DNA of 60,594 nucleotides, filler included, from Sphingomonadaceae bacterium (lineage in GTDB: Bacteria; Chloroflexota; UBA6077): the NCBI GenBank assembly GCA_050261575.1. It is 4 parts of 4 records of this genome, joined end to end, with 100 filler letters (N's around TTAATTAATTAA, not from the genome) between each part and the next. Parts side by side here need not be neighbours in the genome. Positions count along the whole stretch, not along the records: positions 12,173 to 35,739 come from JBLNDL010000081.1; positions 35,840 to 56,453 come from JBLNDL010000082.1; 2 more parts are not named here. One strand, written 5' to 3'. Positions within the stretch are counted from its first letter, which is position 1. Each line of letters opens with the position of its first letter. This document shows positions 29,758-40,241 of this stretch, one piece after another. A program made the position numbers and the translations under genes. The notes beneath the pieces are model-generated. The model saw only the letters and a program-made list of their open reading frames with translations, was not told the origin of the DNA and ran no database searches.

Positions 29758-31176
29758 GTGGCGGATGCAGCAGCAGGTAGCATCGCGGTCCCACTCAAGG
29801 ACCCGTACATTCTTACCAAGGACGGAATCCTCGATCCCCCTAGAGGCTGGGCCGCCAGCCTGAAGTACCTCGGGCCCGGCCTGATCACCAGCGCCTCCAT
29901 CGTGGGCTCGGGCGAGTTGATCGCCACCACCACCATGGGCGCCCAGGCCGGCTTCGTTCTCCTCTGGATGGTCATCTTCAGTTGCGCGGTCAAGGTCGCC
30001 GTTCAAGCCGAGTTCGCCAGGTGGACGATCGCCACAGGCACCCCAGCCCTGCACGGTTTCAACCGTGTGCCACCGACGTTCGGTCCAGTCGGCTGGGTTA
30101 ACCTGATGTGGGTGCTGATGATCCTCGCCAAGATCCTGCAGTTGGGCGGCATTCTGGGAGGCACGGCCGTCGCCTTCAGCATCATGCTCCCCCTTGGTGG
30201 AGACGGTCTCTCGCCCAACTCGGTTACCATCTGGCACGTCGTCGTGGCCGCCATCTCCATCGCACTCCTCTACTCCAACGCCTATAGCATCATCGAGCGA
30301 GGGGCAGTCTACCTGGTGGTGGTATTCACCTTTATCACGGTGTGCATCGCCTTCGGTCTGCCCTTCACCCCGTGGGGCTACTCCTTCAACGACATCGCTG
30401 GCGGCCTGAGCTTCCAGATCCCCGCGGGAGCCCTCGGAGCAGCAATCGCCATGTTTGGAATCACCGGCGTCGGCTCCGACGAGATCACCTTCTACAACTA
30501 CTGGTGCATCGAGAAGGGCTACGCCCGCTGGGTCGGCCCCAACGACGGCACCGAGGCCTGGAGACGGCGGGCAAAGGGATGGATCGACGTGATGTACAAA
30601 GACATCACCGTCTCCCTGGTGATCTACACCTTCTCCACCCTGGCCTTCTTCATCATGGGTGCCGCGGTCCTGCATCCTCAGAAGCTGGTGCCCGGCGGTG
30701 CCAACGAGATGATCACCACCCTCTCTCGGATGTACACGGATACCCTCGGCCCCTGGGCAATGTATGGCTTCCTGATCGGCGCCATTGCGGTCCTCGGCTC
30801 CACTCTTTGGGCCGCAGTCCCCAGCCACTCCAGGATGTACACCAACTTCCTGGCCGCCATCGGGATCGTGAACTGGAGCGACCCCAGCTCGCGAATGAAG
30901 TGGATTCGGGGCTTCACCATCGCCCTGCCCGTAATCTGGTGCCTCTCATCCCTCTACTTCAAGTCTCCGGTCCTGATGGTGCAGATCGGCGGGGTGATGA
31001 CCGGCGTCTTCCTGCTGGCAGTCCTCGCAGCCACCTGGTACCTGCGCACGAAGGAGACCGACAAGGAGTTGTACGGGAGCGGCCCGTTCAACCTGCTGCT
31101 GGTCATCAGCACCATCGCTATCGGCCTGCTCGGCCTGTACACGGTGCTCCAGCAGTTCGGCTTCAAGATCGGGTAG
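29758..31176 (+). CDS. Nramp-like (APC superfamily) permease
   Basis: 'LGPGLITSASIVGSGELI', 'YWCIEKGY'; GTG start after gggagg. Confidence 0.85.
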   Translation: MADAAAGSIAVPLKDPYILTKDGILDPPRGWAASLKYLGPGLITSASIVGSGELIATTTMGAQAGFVLLWMVIFSCAVKVAVQAEFARWTIATGTPALHGFNRVPPTFGPVGWVNLMWVLMILAKILQLGGILGGTAVAFSIMLPLGGDGLSPNSVTIWHVVVAAISIALLYSNAYSIIERGAVYLVVVFTFITVCIAFGLPFTPWGYSFNDIAGGLSFQIPAGALGAAIAMFGITGVGSDEITFYNYWCIEKGYARWVGPNDGTEAWRRRAKGWIDVMYKDITVSLVIYTFSTLAFFIMGAAVLHPQKLVPGGANEMITTLSRMYTDTLGPWAMYGFLIGAIAVLGSTLWAAVPSHSRMYTNFLAAIGIVNWSDPSSRMKWIRGFTIALPVIWCLSSLYFKSPVLMVQIGGVMTGVFLLAVLAATWYLRTKETDKELYGSGPFNLLLVISTIAIGLLGLYTVLQQFGFKIG

Positions 31177-31200
31177 CGGAAAGCTTCAGCTCGCAACAGC

Positions 31201-31236
31201 AGGGCCGCGACCGGGCGTCCCGGTCGCGGCCCCTTG
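31201..31236. terminator. GC-rich hairpin between convergent genes
   Basis: agggccgcgaccggg/cccggtcgcggccct. Confidence 0.6.
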
Positions 31237-31432
31237 CCCTCACCCTTCTTCCGCGTCACCAGCCATCTTGGCTGTTGCCGGGTCGGCCCTGGGCAGTCTA
31301 TGAGCCCACCACGACCGGAGCGGCCGGGTCGCGGATCGCCTTGATGACGCTCATCGCGGTGATCCTCCCCTCTTGGGGGACTCGTCGGATGGGACGCTGC
31401 TGATCTCTGTCCTCGCCTCGCCTCCGATGGGC

Positions 31433-32296
31433 CTACCCCTTGATGGCGCCCGCCACCGCCTCGATGAAGTAGCGCTGCAGGAAGAAGAACACTGCCATGA
31501 TCGGCACGATGGATATCACCGCACCCGCGCTGACGTAGGTCCACCCCGTCGAGTTCTCGCCCACGAACGAGTAGAGCCCCACGGCAAGGGTGCGCAGGGA
31601 GGGATTCCCCACCGTAAACACCAGCGGGATCCAGAAGCTGTTCCAGTTGGTCATGAACTGGAACAGTGCCACCGTGGCTATCATCGGCTTGGCCAGCGGC
31701 AGCATGACGTGCCAGTAGGTGGTGGGGAGGTTGGCCCCGTCCACGAGCGCTGCCTCCTCGATCTCCTTGCCAATCGTGGCGAAGTAGCCCATGAACAGCA
31801 GGGTGTTGAACACTAGTCCCCCCGCAGTCTGCACCAGGATGATGGACCAGAGGGTGTTCAGCAGCCCGAGCCGCTGTACGAGCTCGAAGGTCGGGATGAC
31901 CGTGTAGCCGGCCGGCAGGAACATGAGGGCCAGCATTCCCCCGATGATCGCCTTCTTCCCCGGGAAGTGGGTCTTCGAGAGCACGTAGCCCGCCATGGAG
32001 CTGAACAGGATCACCAGACCGGTGACGGCAACGGTGATCGCGATGGTGTTGAGGAAGTAGGTGCCGAAGTTGCCGGCGTTCCAGGCATAGACGTAGTTGT
32101 CCAGGTTCAACTGCTTCGGGATCAGGCTGAGACCCGAGCTGAAGAACTCGTACGGCTTCTTGAAGGAGCCCGCGAGCACCCACAGGAACGGGTACATGTA
32201 TATGAAACCGATGGAGATGAGCACGGCGTGGACGACGAGTTGCCCCCAGTTCCGGCTCGCTCTCCTCGGCCTCGCGGCATCGGTCTGTACGGCCAT
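31433..32296 (-). CDS. Carbohydrate ABC transporter permease (MalG-like)
   Basis: EAA motif 'EIEEAALVDGA'. Confidence 0.95.
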   Translation of the reverse strand: MAVQTDAARPRRASRNWGQLVVHAVLISIGFIYMYPFLWVLAGSFKKPYEFFSSGLSLIPKQLNLDNYVYAWNAGNFGTYFLNTIAITVAVTGLVILFSSMAGYVLSKTHFPGKKAIIGGMLALMFLPAGYTVIPTFELVQRLGLLNTLWSIILVQTAGGLVFNTLLFMGYFATIGKEIEEAALVDGANLPTTYWHVMLPLAKPMIATVALFQFMTNWNSFWIPLVFTVGNPSLRTLAVGLYSFVGENSTGWTYVSAGAVISIVPIMAVFFFLQRYFIEAVAGAIKG

Positions 32297-32299
32297 GGC

Positions 32300-33292
32300 C
32301 TAGTGCCTCCCCATCTCGCGCCCGCGCTGCTTGGCGCACTTGACGGCCAGCAGTTGCATGACGGTGATACCCATGACCATCAGCCCCATGAACAGCGCCG
32401 CGGCCGAGGCATAGCCGACGTTGGCTTCCGCCTGGATGGATGCGGGCGTGAAGGCGTAGTGGTATATGTAGGTGCCGACCACCTCGCTGGAGAAGTAGGG
32501 TCCCCCACCGGTCATGACGAGCACCAGGTCGAACACCTGCAGGCTCCCCAAGATGGCCAGGAAGAGGATCACCACCCCAACGTCCCGCAGCATCGGCACC
32601 GTAATGTGGAGGAACTGGTGGAAGGCGTTGGCGCCGTCCACCTTGGCTGCCTCGTACATCTCCTTGGGGATCGACTGCAGCGCCGCCAGGAAGTACACCA
32701 GGTTGTAGCCCAGCGTGTGCCAGATTCCGACCCCGATCACCACCGGCAGAGCCGTGGCCGGACTACCCAGCCAGTCCACCGGGGCATCGATGATCCCCAG
32801 GTCGATCAGCAGGCCGTTCAGGCCGTCGCCGGCCCCTCCCAGCAGCATGCTCATCACGACGCCGATCATGGCGGCCGATGTCACCACCGGAGAGAAGTAG
32901 ATCGCCCGGTAGACGGTGGATCCCTTCAGCTTCGGGTTGTTGAGCACCAGCGCCAGTATCAGCGCCAGCGTCAGTTGGATCGGCACCAGCACAGCAGCGT
33001 AGGTAAAGGTGTTCTTGAACGCGTTCCAGAAGAGAGGGTCCTGCGCGACGGTCAGGAAGTGGCGCAGACCCACGAACCGGGTCGGGTTGCCTATGCCATT
33101 CCAGTCGTATAACGTGATGTGGATCGAGGCCACCATGGGGTATACCACGAACAGCCCGACCAACGTCAGCAGGGGCAGCAGAAAGAGATAGGACCACAGG
33201 TTCTTCGTGACCTGCCGCCACGGCGTTGGAGGGAGGCTGGTCGCGCGTCGCCCCGCGCCGGAGGCCCGGATCGTCTCGGAGTGAACGGCCAC
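32300..33292 (-). CDS. Carbohydrate ABC transporter permease (MalF-like)
   Basis: 'EMYEAAKVDGA', 'QVFDLV..MTGGGP'; GTG start after aaggag. Confidence 0.95.
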   Translation of the reverse strand: MAVHSETIRASGAGRRATSLPPTPWRQVTKNLWSYLFLLPLLTLVGLFVVYPMVASIHITLYDWNGIGNPTRFVGLRHFLTVAQDPLFWNAFKNTFTYAAVLVPIQLTLALILALVLNNPKLKGSTVYRAIYFSPVVTSAAMIGVVMSMLLGGAGDGLNGLLIDLGIIDAPVDWLGSPATALPVVIGVGIWHTLGYNLVYFLAALQSIPKEMYEAAKVDGANAFHQFLHITVPMLRDVGVVILFLAILGSLQVFDLVLVMTGGGPYFSSEVVGTYIYHYAFTPASIQAEANVGYASAAALFMGLMVMGITVMQLLAVKCAKQRGREMGRH

Positions 33293-33336
33293 CTTCGTCT
33301 CCTTAGGATTCCGTGAGAACGCCTGACGCAACCTGT

Positions 33337-33409
33337 GTAGGGGCGAACCTATGTATCTGCCCTCCGCGCGGAAAGGGCCACGCGGGCGGACACGCAGATC
33401 CGCCCCTAC
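33337..33409. repeat. REPIN-like inverted REP doublet
   Basis: gtaggggcgaacctatgtatctgccc ... gggcggacacgcagatccgcccctac with GTAG/CTAC ends. Confidence 0.75.
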
Positions 33410-33586
33410 CAGTATCGTCAGGGTCTCTGAGTCTCGAGTGGGCGGGTGCGAGACCCGCCCCGGGGCCGGCAGAGCCGCCAGCGCTTGCTGCATTCCGAAG
33501 GAGCCGGCCCCCTCGGCGACCGATGCCGCCGTGGGAGCCTCTCCTGCCGAGTGCGTCGTTCCGCGTCGAATTGCGGAAGGACGCGT

Positions 33587-35044
33587 TTAGTTCTCGTAGT
33601 CCTTGGTCAGATCCCAGTCGGTAACCTTCCACCAACTGCGGTCCAGCTTGACCCCCCTCGCCTCGGCATCGGCGATGGCCTGATCCAGAGCCGCGTTGTC
33701 CCGCTGCTCCAGATCGTACAGGGCAGCCTTGTAGTCGGAGATCTGGCCGGTGTAGACGCCCTCAAGGATGTCCTGAATGTTGGGCTTGGTCGCCGCAACC
33801 TTCACCTCGTTCATCTCGGGGTGCTTCAACTGCGGCGCCGGAGCAAGACGGGTCCCATCCTCCGCCAGCTTCATGTACTGGGCGAACTGAGGGGTCTTGG
33901 CGTACTCGATCCGGTTGGCCTCAGGCTGGGCCCGCAGGCCGTGGTTCGCCTGCACCCAGCGGGTAGCCGCATCCTTGGAGTTCAGCCACTCGAACCAGAG
34001 CCACGCCTCCTCGGGATGCTCAGTCTGAGCCGAGATGGCCCACCCCTGGCCGCCGGGGCTGCGGTAGAAGTAGCTGTCCTTCTGCGTGCCCAGGTGCGGC
34101 AGGTCGACCACCATGTAATCCTTGAAGTCGGGATTGGTCTTCTCCCAACCAGCCTGGTTCCACACTCCGCCGACGGTCATCGCGAATCTGCCCTCGGCGA
34201 AGGCCGCCCTCGCCATCTCGTCGTCCATGGACATGGCATTGGGAACGATGCTGCCGTCCTCCTTCATGCCCATCAGGAACTCGATCCACTCGGCGTACAC
34301 CGGATTGCTGGACCAGACGTAGCGCCCCTCGCGGGAGTCGAAACCTCCGCCGGCATCGGCTGCGCCGCTGTTCTGGACCATCCACATGTGCCACGGCAGG
34401 ACGAACTTCTGCTTGTTGCCGAAGCCGTAGCCGTAGTACTTGCCCTGGCCCTTCTCGGTGATGATGCGAGCGGCCTCGCGAACCTCGGCCCACGTCTTGG
34501 GCACCTTCACCTCGCCGTTCTCGTCCACGAGGCCAGCCTCACGGAACAGCTTGGTGTTGATGTAGAACTGGAGCCAGGGCGCTGGACCCTCGTAGGGAGC
34601 CGTGTACACCTTGCCGTCGAAGACGTTCGCCCCCTCCGCGAAGGCGTCTGCGGGGAACTGCGACTTCCACTCGTCGGTGGCCCAACGGTCGAGGGGCAGC
34701 AGCCACCCCTGCTTCACCTGGTCCACCAGCTTGGGCTTGTCGGGGATCAGGAAGACGTCGGGTGCCGTTCCGCCCTTGATGGCCAACTGCAACAACTCGG
34801 GGTACTTGTCCACCACCTGGGTGGTCTTCTTGATCTTGATGTTGGGATGCGCCTGCTCGAAGAGCTCAATCTCCTTGTCGATCGTCGGACCCTGGGTCAC
34901 CCACCAGTCCCAGTACTCGATGGTCACCTGATCGCCCCGTTCAGCGCCGGGAGTGGGTAAAGCCCACCCCTTCGTGAACCCGACGCCGACCACGAGCACC
35001 ACCGCAACAACAGCAGCAATGATCCAAAGGGTCGATCTTCTCAC
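33587..35044 (-). CDS. Carbohydrate ABC substrate-binding protein
   Basis: N-terminal anchor; 'FEQAHPNIKI', 'APDVF'; GTG start after gaaggag. Confidence 0.92.
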   Translation of the reverse strand: MRRSTLWIIAAVVAVVLVVGVGFTKGWALPTPGAERGDQVTIEYWDWWVTQGPTIDKEIELFEQAHPNIKIKKTTQVVDKYPELLQLAIKGGTAPDVFLIPDKPKLVDQVKQGWLLPLDRWATDEWKSQFPADAFAEGANVFDGKVYTAPYEGPAPWLQFYINTKLFREAGLVDENGEVKVPKTWAEVREAARIITEKGQGKYYGYGFGNKQKFVLPWHMWMVQNSGAADAGGGFDSREGRYVWSSNPVYAEWIEFLMGMKEDGSIVPNAMSMDDEMARAAFAEGRFAMTVGGVWNQAGWEKTNPDFKDYMVVDLPHLGTQKDSYFYRSPGGQGWAISAQTEHPEEAWLWFEWLNSKDAATRWVQANHGLRAQPEANRIEYAKTPQFAQYMKLAEDGTRLAPAPQLKHPEMNEVKVAATKPNIQDILEGVYTGQISDYKAALYDLEQRDNAALDQAIADAEARGVKLDRSWWKVTDWDLTKDYEN

Positions 35045-35138
35045 GTCTGTAGTCTCCTTCGCTAGTCGTGAACACCGCGTCGAGGGCTCCCTCACCCGCT
35101 CGCCGCCACACACTGCGGCTAAAGCCAGGATAACCCAG

Positions 35139-35191
35139 AGTATACACGCTAATCCTAATACTTGACAATATATGTCCAGCCACCGTACGAT
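35139..35191. promoter_or_regulatory. Divergent back-to-back promoters with palindromic operator-like site
   Basis: Plus TTGACA-18-TACGAT; minus TTGTCA-18-TATACT; gaca-atata-tgtc dyad overlapping both -35 boxes. Confidence 0.55.
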
Positions 35192-35294
35192 TACCGGCGG
35201 GGGCGAGACCCTCACCTCAGCCCCCTCTGCGACCGCTATCAATCTGGCGAAGGCCCCGCGGGTGCGCCTCGCCTATTCAAGGGAGTCCCCACAC

Positions 35295-35739
35295 ATGGCG
35301 CGGGTGTTGCTGGAAAGAGTTACCAAGAGGTTTGGGTCCACGGTGGCGGTGGACGACGTCTCCTTCGAGGTTCGGGACAGGGAGTTCCTGGTGCTGGTCG
35401 GGCCGTCCGGCTGCGGCAAAAGCACCACCCTGCGCATGATCGCCGGACTGGAGGAGATCACCGAAGGCGCGATCTACATCGGGGACAGGTTGGTGAACGA
35501 CCTGCCGCCCAAAGACAGAGACATCGCCATGGTGTTCCAGTCCTACGCCCTCTACCCACACATGAGCGTCTACGACAACATGGCGTTCGGCCTCCGGCTG
35601 CGAGGCATGGCGGGCAAGGAGATCGACCGCCGGGTGAAGGAGGCGGCTGAGATCCTCGGGATCGGGGATCTTCTCTCCCGCAAGCCGAAGCAGCTATCCG
35701 GAGGGCAGCGCCAGCGCGTGGCCCTGGGTCGGGCGATCG
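35295..35739 (+). CDS. Sugar ABC ATP-binding protein (MalK/UgpC-like), truncated by contig end
   Basis: [27 protein letters not shown]. Confidence 0.93.
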
Positions 35740-35839
35740 NNNNNNNNNNNNNNNNNNNNNNNNNNNNNNNNNNNNNNNNNNNNTTAATTAATTAANNNNN
35801 NNNNNNNNNNNNNNNNNNNNNNNNNNNNNNNNNNNNNNN
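35740..35839. other. Artificial contig linker
   Basis: N44-TTAATTAATTAA-N44. Confidence 0.98.
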
Positions 35840-36200
35840 CTGGGTTGGTGGACTGGTTGTCCTCCATGATGAGGTTGATCTTCTTGCCGTTGATGCCGCC
35901 GGCCTCGTTGATCTGCTTGACAGCGAGCTTGATCGCCTTGATTTGGAGGGCGCCCTCCGCTGCAGAGGCACCGGTGATAGGGGGAGTGAAGCCGATGAGG
36001 ATCTCGCCACCGGAGGCCGGGGCCGAGGAACCCTGAGACGTAGCAGCGGGCTGTGCTGCCGGAGCGCTGGTCGCTGCGGCTGCGGGCTTGTCCGGCGCCT
36101 TGGTCGGGGCCGGAGCGGCGCCGCCGCCGCAAGCGGTGGCTGCCACCAATAGCAGCGACGATGCAAGAACCACCGAGACGATGCGCTTCAGATTCGCCAT
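35840..36200 (-). CDS. Branched-chain amino acid-type ABC substrate-binding lipoprotein, truncated
   Basis: Lipobox ATAC; 'LAVKQINEAGGINGKKI'. Confidence 0.85.
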
Positions 36201-36575
36201 GGCTTTCCCTTTTCCTTTCCTGATGCTGGGATTGTGTTGCCCGAGGCCGAAGGCTCGGAGCGGCACCACCTCCGAGCCGTGGGCATCACGCCGGACAGAA
36301 TACACGCTTCTGATCTACTGTCAAGAGGTACGATGGTAGTACGATAATACCGATTGCGCCCGGAGCGCCCGATCGCCCCTCTCCATTCGCCAGGCCGTCG
36401 TGCGATAATCGCAGCGGCTGAGCGGTTGGCGGACCCGAGCGGCCGTCTTCGGACGGTGTACACGTTTCCGCCGTAAGAGCTGACGTGAACCGGAGATAGC
36501 TGCTTGGTCCGTGAGGGATGACGGGGGCCGGCCCGGCGCGGGAGGCTCCCGAGTCGAGAGGAAGGGGGTGGCAGG

Positions 36576-37349
36576 ATGCTGGCCGGGAAGGTGGCACTGG
36601 TTACCGGGGCAGGGCAGGGGATCGGGCGGGCGGTGGCTCTCCGCCTGGCCGAGGATGGTGCCGACCTCGTGGTGGCGGATCTGAATCCGGAGACGGCCCG
36701 TGGGGTGGCCGAGGAGGTGAGGGGTCTGGGGCTGCAGGCGCTGGATCTGCGGGTGGACGTCGCGGACACGGCGCAGCTTCGGGCCATGGTGGATAGAGCG
36801 GTGGAGCGGTTCGGAACGATCGACATCCTGGTGGCCTGCGCCGGCATCGCGCAGGTGAAGCCTCTCCTGGAGCTGACCGAGGAGGAGTGGGACCGGGTCT
36901 TCGACGTCAACTGCAGGGGGCTCTTCTTCACTGTGCAGTTCGTGGCCCGACAGATGGTGCGGCAGGGGCGGGGGGCGATCGTCACCATAGCCTCGATCGC
37001 CGGCCGGGCCGCTCGCCCCATGCAGCCCCACTACGGCGCAAGCAAGGCGGCGGTCATCTCCATCACTCGCTCCGCGGCCGCCGCCCTGGCGCCCAAAGGG
37101 ATCACGGTGAACGCCGTCTGCCCTGGGATCGTGGACACCCCCATGTGGAGGCGGCTGGACGAGCAGGCAACCCGGGAGTTCGGCCTCGCCCCCGGGGAAT
37201 ACACCCGCCAGCGGCTGCAGCAGATCCCGCTGGGACGGATCGAGACGCCCGAGGACGTGGCCAGCGCCGTCGCTTTCCTGGTCTCTCCCGACGCATCCTA
37301 CATCACCGGCCAGGCTCTCAACGTGGACGGCGGATTCTACATGAATTGA
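36576..37349 (+). CDS. SDR family oxidoreductase (acetoin reductase/sorbitol dehydrogenase-like)
   Basis: TGAGQGIG, YGASK, 'VCPGIVDTPMW'. Confidence 0.93.
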   Translation: MLAGKVALVTGAGQGIGRAVALRLAEDGADLVVADLNPETARGVAEEVRGLGLQALDLRVDVADTAQLRAMVDRAVERFGTIDILVACAGIAQVKPLLELTEEEWDRVFDVNCRGLFFTVQFVARQMVRQGRGAIVTIASIAGRAARPMQPHYGASKAAVISITRSAAAALAPKGITVNAVCPGIVDTPMWRRLDEQATREFGLAPGEYTRQRLQQIPLGRIETPEDVASAVAFLVSPDASYITGQALNVDGGFYMN

Positions 37350-37757
37350 CATGTGGATGAGTGAAGACTTTCTGCCGCGGGTGTACTATCTTATTGCACG
37401 TGGCCAGGTGGCACCGGTAGAGTGTGGACGGCGGCCGCGGAGGGGCCCGAGCGAAACCGACCCCGAGCCGACCTGCACGGTCATGGTGGCGAAGCCTGCC
37501 GCCCGCTCCGGCGGGGCGGGAGACGGAGAGAGGTAATGGAGTGGTATGCCGAGCGCCGCCCACTTCAGCTCTGCCGTGTACTTCTTGGATCCCGACGACG
37601 GCACCCCGGAGCTGGTGCAGCGACCGAGGGGATAGGGAGCGGCGAGCCGTCGCACGGCCACTGGCCGCCAAAAGCAGGGTTGAACGAGGTTGCGGAGGTG
37701 CGGTATGATGATAGTACCATTTAAACGAGACTCGAGGGCTCGCGGAGGGCTGCTGCC

Positions 37758-39116
37758 ATGACGTCGTCTCTGGAGCACGATACCGGTCGTTACCCCGAGC
37801 AATACGGCCTGTGGTGTAGTGCCACGGCCTCCTTCCTGTGGGACACCCCCATTCCCCGCTTCCGGCGCATCCATCAGAGCTTTCCCCGCCCCCGCGTGGC
37901 CGACATCCCTGCAGCCGTCGCCCAGGCCATGGATTCCGTCGAGGGCCGCGCCCGTCTGGGGGATGGCAAACGGGTGGCCATCACCGCCGGCAGCAGGGGC
38001 ATCGCCAGCATCCCCGAGATCCTCGCAGCGGTCGTCGCGCAGGTTCGCCGCTACGGCGGCTCCCCATTCCTGGTGCCGGCCATGGGCAGCCACGGCCGCG
38101 CCACCGCCGAGGGCCAGCGGGAGCTGCTCGCCGAGCTGGGGATCACAGAGGATACGGTGGGTGCGCCCATCGAGGCGACCATGGAGGTGGTCCAACTCGG
38201 CGAGCTGCCCAACGGCATGCCCGTCTACATGGACGCCATCGCCGCCGCGGCCGACGCCATAGTGGTGGTGAACCGGGTCAAGCCTCACACCGACTTTCGC
38301 GCTGCCTGGGAGAGCGGCCTCGGCAAGATGATCGCCATCGGCCTCGGCAAGCGAAAGGGCGCCGACACCGTTCATCGCTATGGCCCGGACGGTCTCCGGG
38401 ACCTGCTGCCCCAGATGGCCCGGCTGGCGGTCCAGAGGAAGCCCATCGCCATGGGCATCGGCATCGTCGAGAACGCCTACGACGAGGTAGCCAGCATCGT
38501 CGGTGTCCCGCCTTCCGGGATCGCGGGGGCGGAGGAGGCCGCGCTGCTGGTCCAGGCTCGGGAGCTGATGGCCAGCCTCCCCTTCGACGAGATAGACGTT
38601 CTGATCGTGGACGAGATGGGGAAGAACATCACCGGCGCGGGGATGGATCCCAACATTCTCGGCCGGATGAGGGTCTTTGGCACCCCGGATCTGCCTAGAC
38701 CCCGCATTCGGGTGGTGACGGTTCACGACATCACCAAGGAGAGCCACGGCAACGCCACCGGCATCGGCCTGGCGGACGTTACGACCCGGCGGCTGGTCGA
38801 GAAGATGGACTTCGAGGCGACCTACATCAACGGGCTGACCTCCGGCCTCGGCGCCATCTACCGCATCTGCCTGCCCGTTGTGGCGCCCGACGATAGGGCG
38901 GCGGTCTTCACGGGGCTGCGCGTCTGCGGCCGCCACGATCTCCAGAACGCCCGGATAGTGCGGATCAAGAACACCCTGAAGCTGGAAGAGATCGACGTCT
39001 CCGAGGGCCTCTGGCCGGAGGTGGAGTCGATCGAGCGAACCTCTCCGGTGAGCGAGCCCTTCTCGCTGCGCTTCGACCAGGAGGGGTCGATGGTCCGCTT
39101 CGAGGAGATGGTCTAG
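37758..39116 (+). CDS. LarA (lactate racemase) N-terminal-domain/DUF2088-like protein
   Basis: 'VAITAGSRGI', 'PAMGSHG', 'NRVKPHTDF', 'ESGLGKMIAIGLG', 'GKNITGAGMD'. Confidence 0.75.
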   Translation: MTSSLEHDTGRYPEQYGLWCSATASFLWDTPIPRFRRIHQSFPRPRVADIPAAVAQAMDSVEGRARLGDGKRVAITAGSRGIASIPEILAAVVAQVRRYGGSPFLVPAMGSHGRATAEGQRELLAELGITEDTVGAPIEATMEVVQLGELPNGMPVYMDAIAAAADAIVVVNRVKPHTDFRAAWESGLGKMIAIGLGKRKGADTVHRYGPDGLRDLLPQMARLAVQRKPIAMGIGIVENAYDEVASIVGVPPSGIAGAEEAALLVQARELMASLPFDEIDVLIVDEMGKNITGAGMDPNILGRMRVFGTPDLPRPRIRVVTVHDITKESHGNATGIGLADVTTRRLVEKMDFEATYINGLTSGLGAIYRICLPVVAPDDRAAVFTGLRVCGRHDLQNARIVRIKNTLKLEEIDVSEGLWPEVESIERTSPVSEPFSLRFDQEGSMVRFEEMV

Positions 39117-39193
39117 GAGGAGACCTGGGGCGCGGTGGCCAGCCGGAACTTCCACCCGGACCGGCCTCGGCGCTCCAGGTTGGGAGTGACGCC

Positions 39194-40225
39194 ATGAAAG
39201 GACTCGTCAAGTACGCTTCGGGCCCCGGTTCCATGCGGGTGATGGAGATGTCGGAGCCTGCCCTGCGCCCGGGCCACGTGATCATCGAGGTCGAGGCTGC
39301 CGGGGTCTGCGGCACCGACCTTCACATTCAGTCGGCCGAGTACCCCTGCGATCCACCCGTCATCCTGGGCCACGAGTTTAGCGGTGTGGTGGCGGAGGTC
39401 GCCCCCGACGTGACGCGTGTGCAGGTGGGTCAGAGGGTGACCAGCCTCCCCTACTTCTCCACCTGTGGGGCGTGTGAGTTCTGCCTCTCAGGCGAGTGGA
39501 ACCTCTGCCCGGGGCGCAAGTCGGCTGGGAGCGGGACCCACGGGGCCTTCGCCTCCTACGTCCTCATGCCGGAGAGGTCGGTGCGGCCGTTGCCCGAGGG
39601 GGTGGACTTCGTGGCGGGGGCTGTCAGCGAGCCGCTCGCTTGCTGCTGCCATGCCCTGATGGAGAAGGCGAGGATTCGCCCGACCGACCTGGTGGTGGTG
39701 CTGGGGCCGGGGAGCATCGGTCTGCTGAGCGTCCAGGTTGCCGTGGCCTGCGGCGCCACTGTGGTGCTGGTGGGCACCGGCGCCGACGCGGCGCGGCTGG
39801 AGCTTGCCAGGGAGTTGGGGGTGCACCACACGGCGCAGGTGGAGACTCGGGCGGTGGGTGACCTGGTCAGGGACCTCACCGGCGGACGGGGAGCCGACGT
39901 GGTGGTGGAGTGCTCCGGCGCCGGCCCCGCGGTTGGGCTCGGCTACGAGTTGGTCAAGCGGAAGGGGCAGTACGTCCAGTTGGGGCTTTTCGGCCGGAAG
40001 ATCGAGCTGGACCCGGATCCGGCGGTGATGAAGGAGGTCGATGTGCGCAACTCCTTCGCGTCGACCCCCACCGCGTGGGACTATGCCCTTCGATTGTTGG
40101 GGGATGGGAGGGTTCGGACTAGACCTTTGGTCACCGACGAACTCCCCTTGGAACGATGGGAAGAGGGCTTCGCCCGCTTCCGAAACAAGCAGGGCATCAA
40201 GGTCGTCCTGCTGCCAAAAGGCTAG
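39194..40225 (+). CDS. Zinc-dependent alcohol/polyol dehydrogenase
   Basis: CGTD, GHE, CxxCxxC-x7-C, GPGSIG. Confidence 0.93.
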   Translation: MKGLVKYASGPGSMRVMEMSEPALRPGHVIIEVEAAGVCGTDLHIQSAEYPCDPPVILGHEFSGVVAEVAPDVTRVQVGQRVTSLPYFSTCGACEFCLSGEWNLCPGRKSAGSGTHGAFASYVLMPERSVRPLPEGVDFVAGAVSEPLACCCHALMEKARIRPTDLVVVLGPGSIGLLSVQVAVACGATVVLVGTGADAARLELARELGVHHTAQVETRAVGDLVRDLTGGRGADVVVECSGAGPAVGLGYELVKRKGQYVQLGLFGRKIELDPDPAVMKEVDVRNSFASTPTAWDYALRLLGDGRVRTRPLVTDELPLERWEEGFARFRNKQGIKVVLLPKG

Positions 40226-40241
40226 GGAGGACTGAGAGACC

